Origin: Geosiphon pyriformis uo1
Lineage: Eukaryota > Fungi > Glomeromycota
Reading direction: 5' to 3'
NCBI GenBank assembly: GCA_016748015.1
Contig: JAAOMT010000607.1
Coordinates: 434,001-498,000, forward strand
Length of the DNA stretch: 64,000 nucleotides
In this document: positions 62,906 to 64,000 of the stretch, piece after piece
Numbering within the stretch: the first letter of the stretch is position 1
Layout: each line of letters opens with the position of its first letter
The notes under the pieces: model-generated
The model's input: the letters and a program-made list of their open reading frames with translations, nothing else
What the model was told of the DNA's origin: nothing
Databases searched by the model: none
Position numbers and translations under genes: made by a program

Positions 62906-64000
62906 TGTTACTTGAAGAAAGAAAGCTTATTAAAGAAAGAAAAAAAAATGTAATGAAATATAAAAAAACACAGAATAATATACAATAACATTGGATAATG
63001 TATTATAATATAGAATAATGTGTTATAATACAAGATAACACAAAATAATACGTTATAACATAAAATAATGTGTTATAACACAGAATAACACAAAATAATA
63101 TGTAATAATGTCAGATAACATATTATAACATAGGATAATTAGTTATAATGTAAGAAAATGAAGCAATAGCTAGTAAGAACAGACAATCCAAAGCAATTCT
63201 GTAAAACTAGAAAATATGTATATATAGCAGTAGCATTAGAAGCAAAAAAGACAGAATCTCTGAACAGAAATTCATTAGTTACTGTTTTCTAGTTAAAAAC
63301 CATATTATTCTAAATATCAATAAATATACTTATTTAGCATCTCAAATCCAATTACTTATTATCAACTCTCAATGTTGATAGTAATTGATACTTGATCATA
63401 CTGAAACAATAGCTCTTAATCACAGCTATTGACAGGATACTAACTTGCAATTGCCTTGGCTTATTTTTTTTATTTTTTTTTATTTTTTTTATTTTTTTTT
63501 ATTTATTTTATTGTGTTTACTAATTAATTAAGAATTAAGTGCTGAGTTATTGATGTTAAGGATTGCCTGGTAAAAGGCCTCTACAAGTGGGTAGAACATA
63601 TAAGAATCATGAATTGCTTACCAGAGGATTGCTGGCCACCAAGTTAAGAAAAAAATTGACAGAATTGTGATTCTAGGAAGCTACTAATAAAATAACATGG
63701 AAATCTCTGTCCATTATACAAAGAACTTAATTAAAACTTTCAGAATATAAAAACCTTTAGATTGGAACATCTTCAGATATTATTAATCAGTTCAGCTATT
63801 GAGTACCAAGTTATGGATTTGTTATTTAACTTGAGATCCCAAATAATTATCTGTAATATTTGGTGCTCCCTGTGAAATATAATTTTACAGAAAACCAATA
63901 CCAACAAACAACCATCCAAAAGTGACAGAATCAGAAAAAATAGGGACAAACTATTTAGGATTCACCAAATCTTTATTTCAGCATTATTGTCAAAACTTAA
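62906..64000 (+). mobile_element. B-family Gypsy element F (5' LTR 62906-63858, PBS 63861, gag start), nested in E, runs off the window
   Basis: TGTTAC..TGTAATA-TT-TGGTGCTCCCTGTGA; VTESEKIGTNYLGFTKSLFQHYCQ matches B gag; ATAACACAGAATAAT-type tandem repeats at ~62965-63150. Confidence 0.88.

Overview
Eukaryotic, AT-rich fungal-type DNA. The spliced genes and transposon types suggest Mucoromycota/Glomeromycotina, possibly Geosiphon-like; this is inferred, not proven. A ~14.5-kb island of three intron-containing minus-strand host genes (34.7-48.2 kb) encodes a large Ser/acidic repeat protein with SUMO-interacting-like motifs, an HP1/Swi6-type chromo + chromo-shadow protein and a Gap1/Sar1-type RasGAP. 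The island lies between two transposon graveyards. The left side holds three nested Ty3/Gypsy LTR retrotransposons: A (+) contains B (-), which contains C (-), and both insertions have 4-bp TSDs. It also holds a fused B-family fragment D, AT-rich relics, a Tc1/mariner relic and a MITE. The right side holds two RNase H-bearing LINE relics, solo LTRs and two more nested B-family elements (E, F). The most striking result is a shared architecture across three divergent Gypsy families. ORF1 starts at a conserved AAA-GTG-GCA codon and encodes a helical N-terminal domain, capsid, zinc knuckle, protease, a ~250-aa Cys-rich insert, dUTPase, a dUTPase-like domain, RT and RNase H, then stops. Integrase follows as a separate ORF with its own start codon, and a third unknown ORF occupies the env position. 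All copies are decayed by heavy C>T/G>A mutation, including CpA>TpA. All translations and alignments were done by eye.
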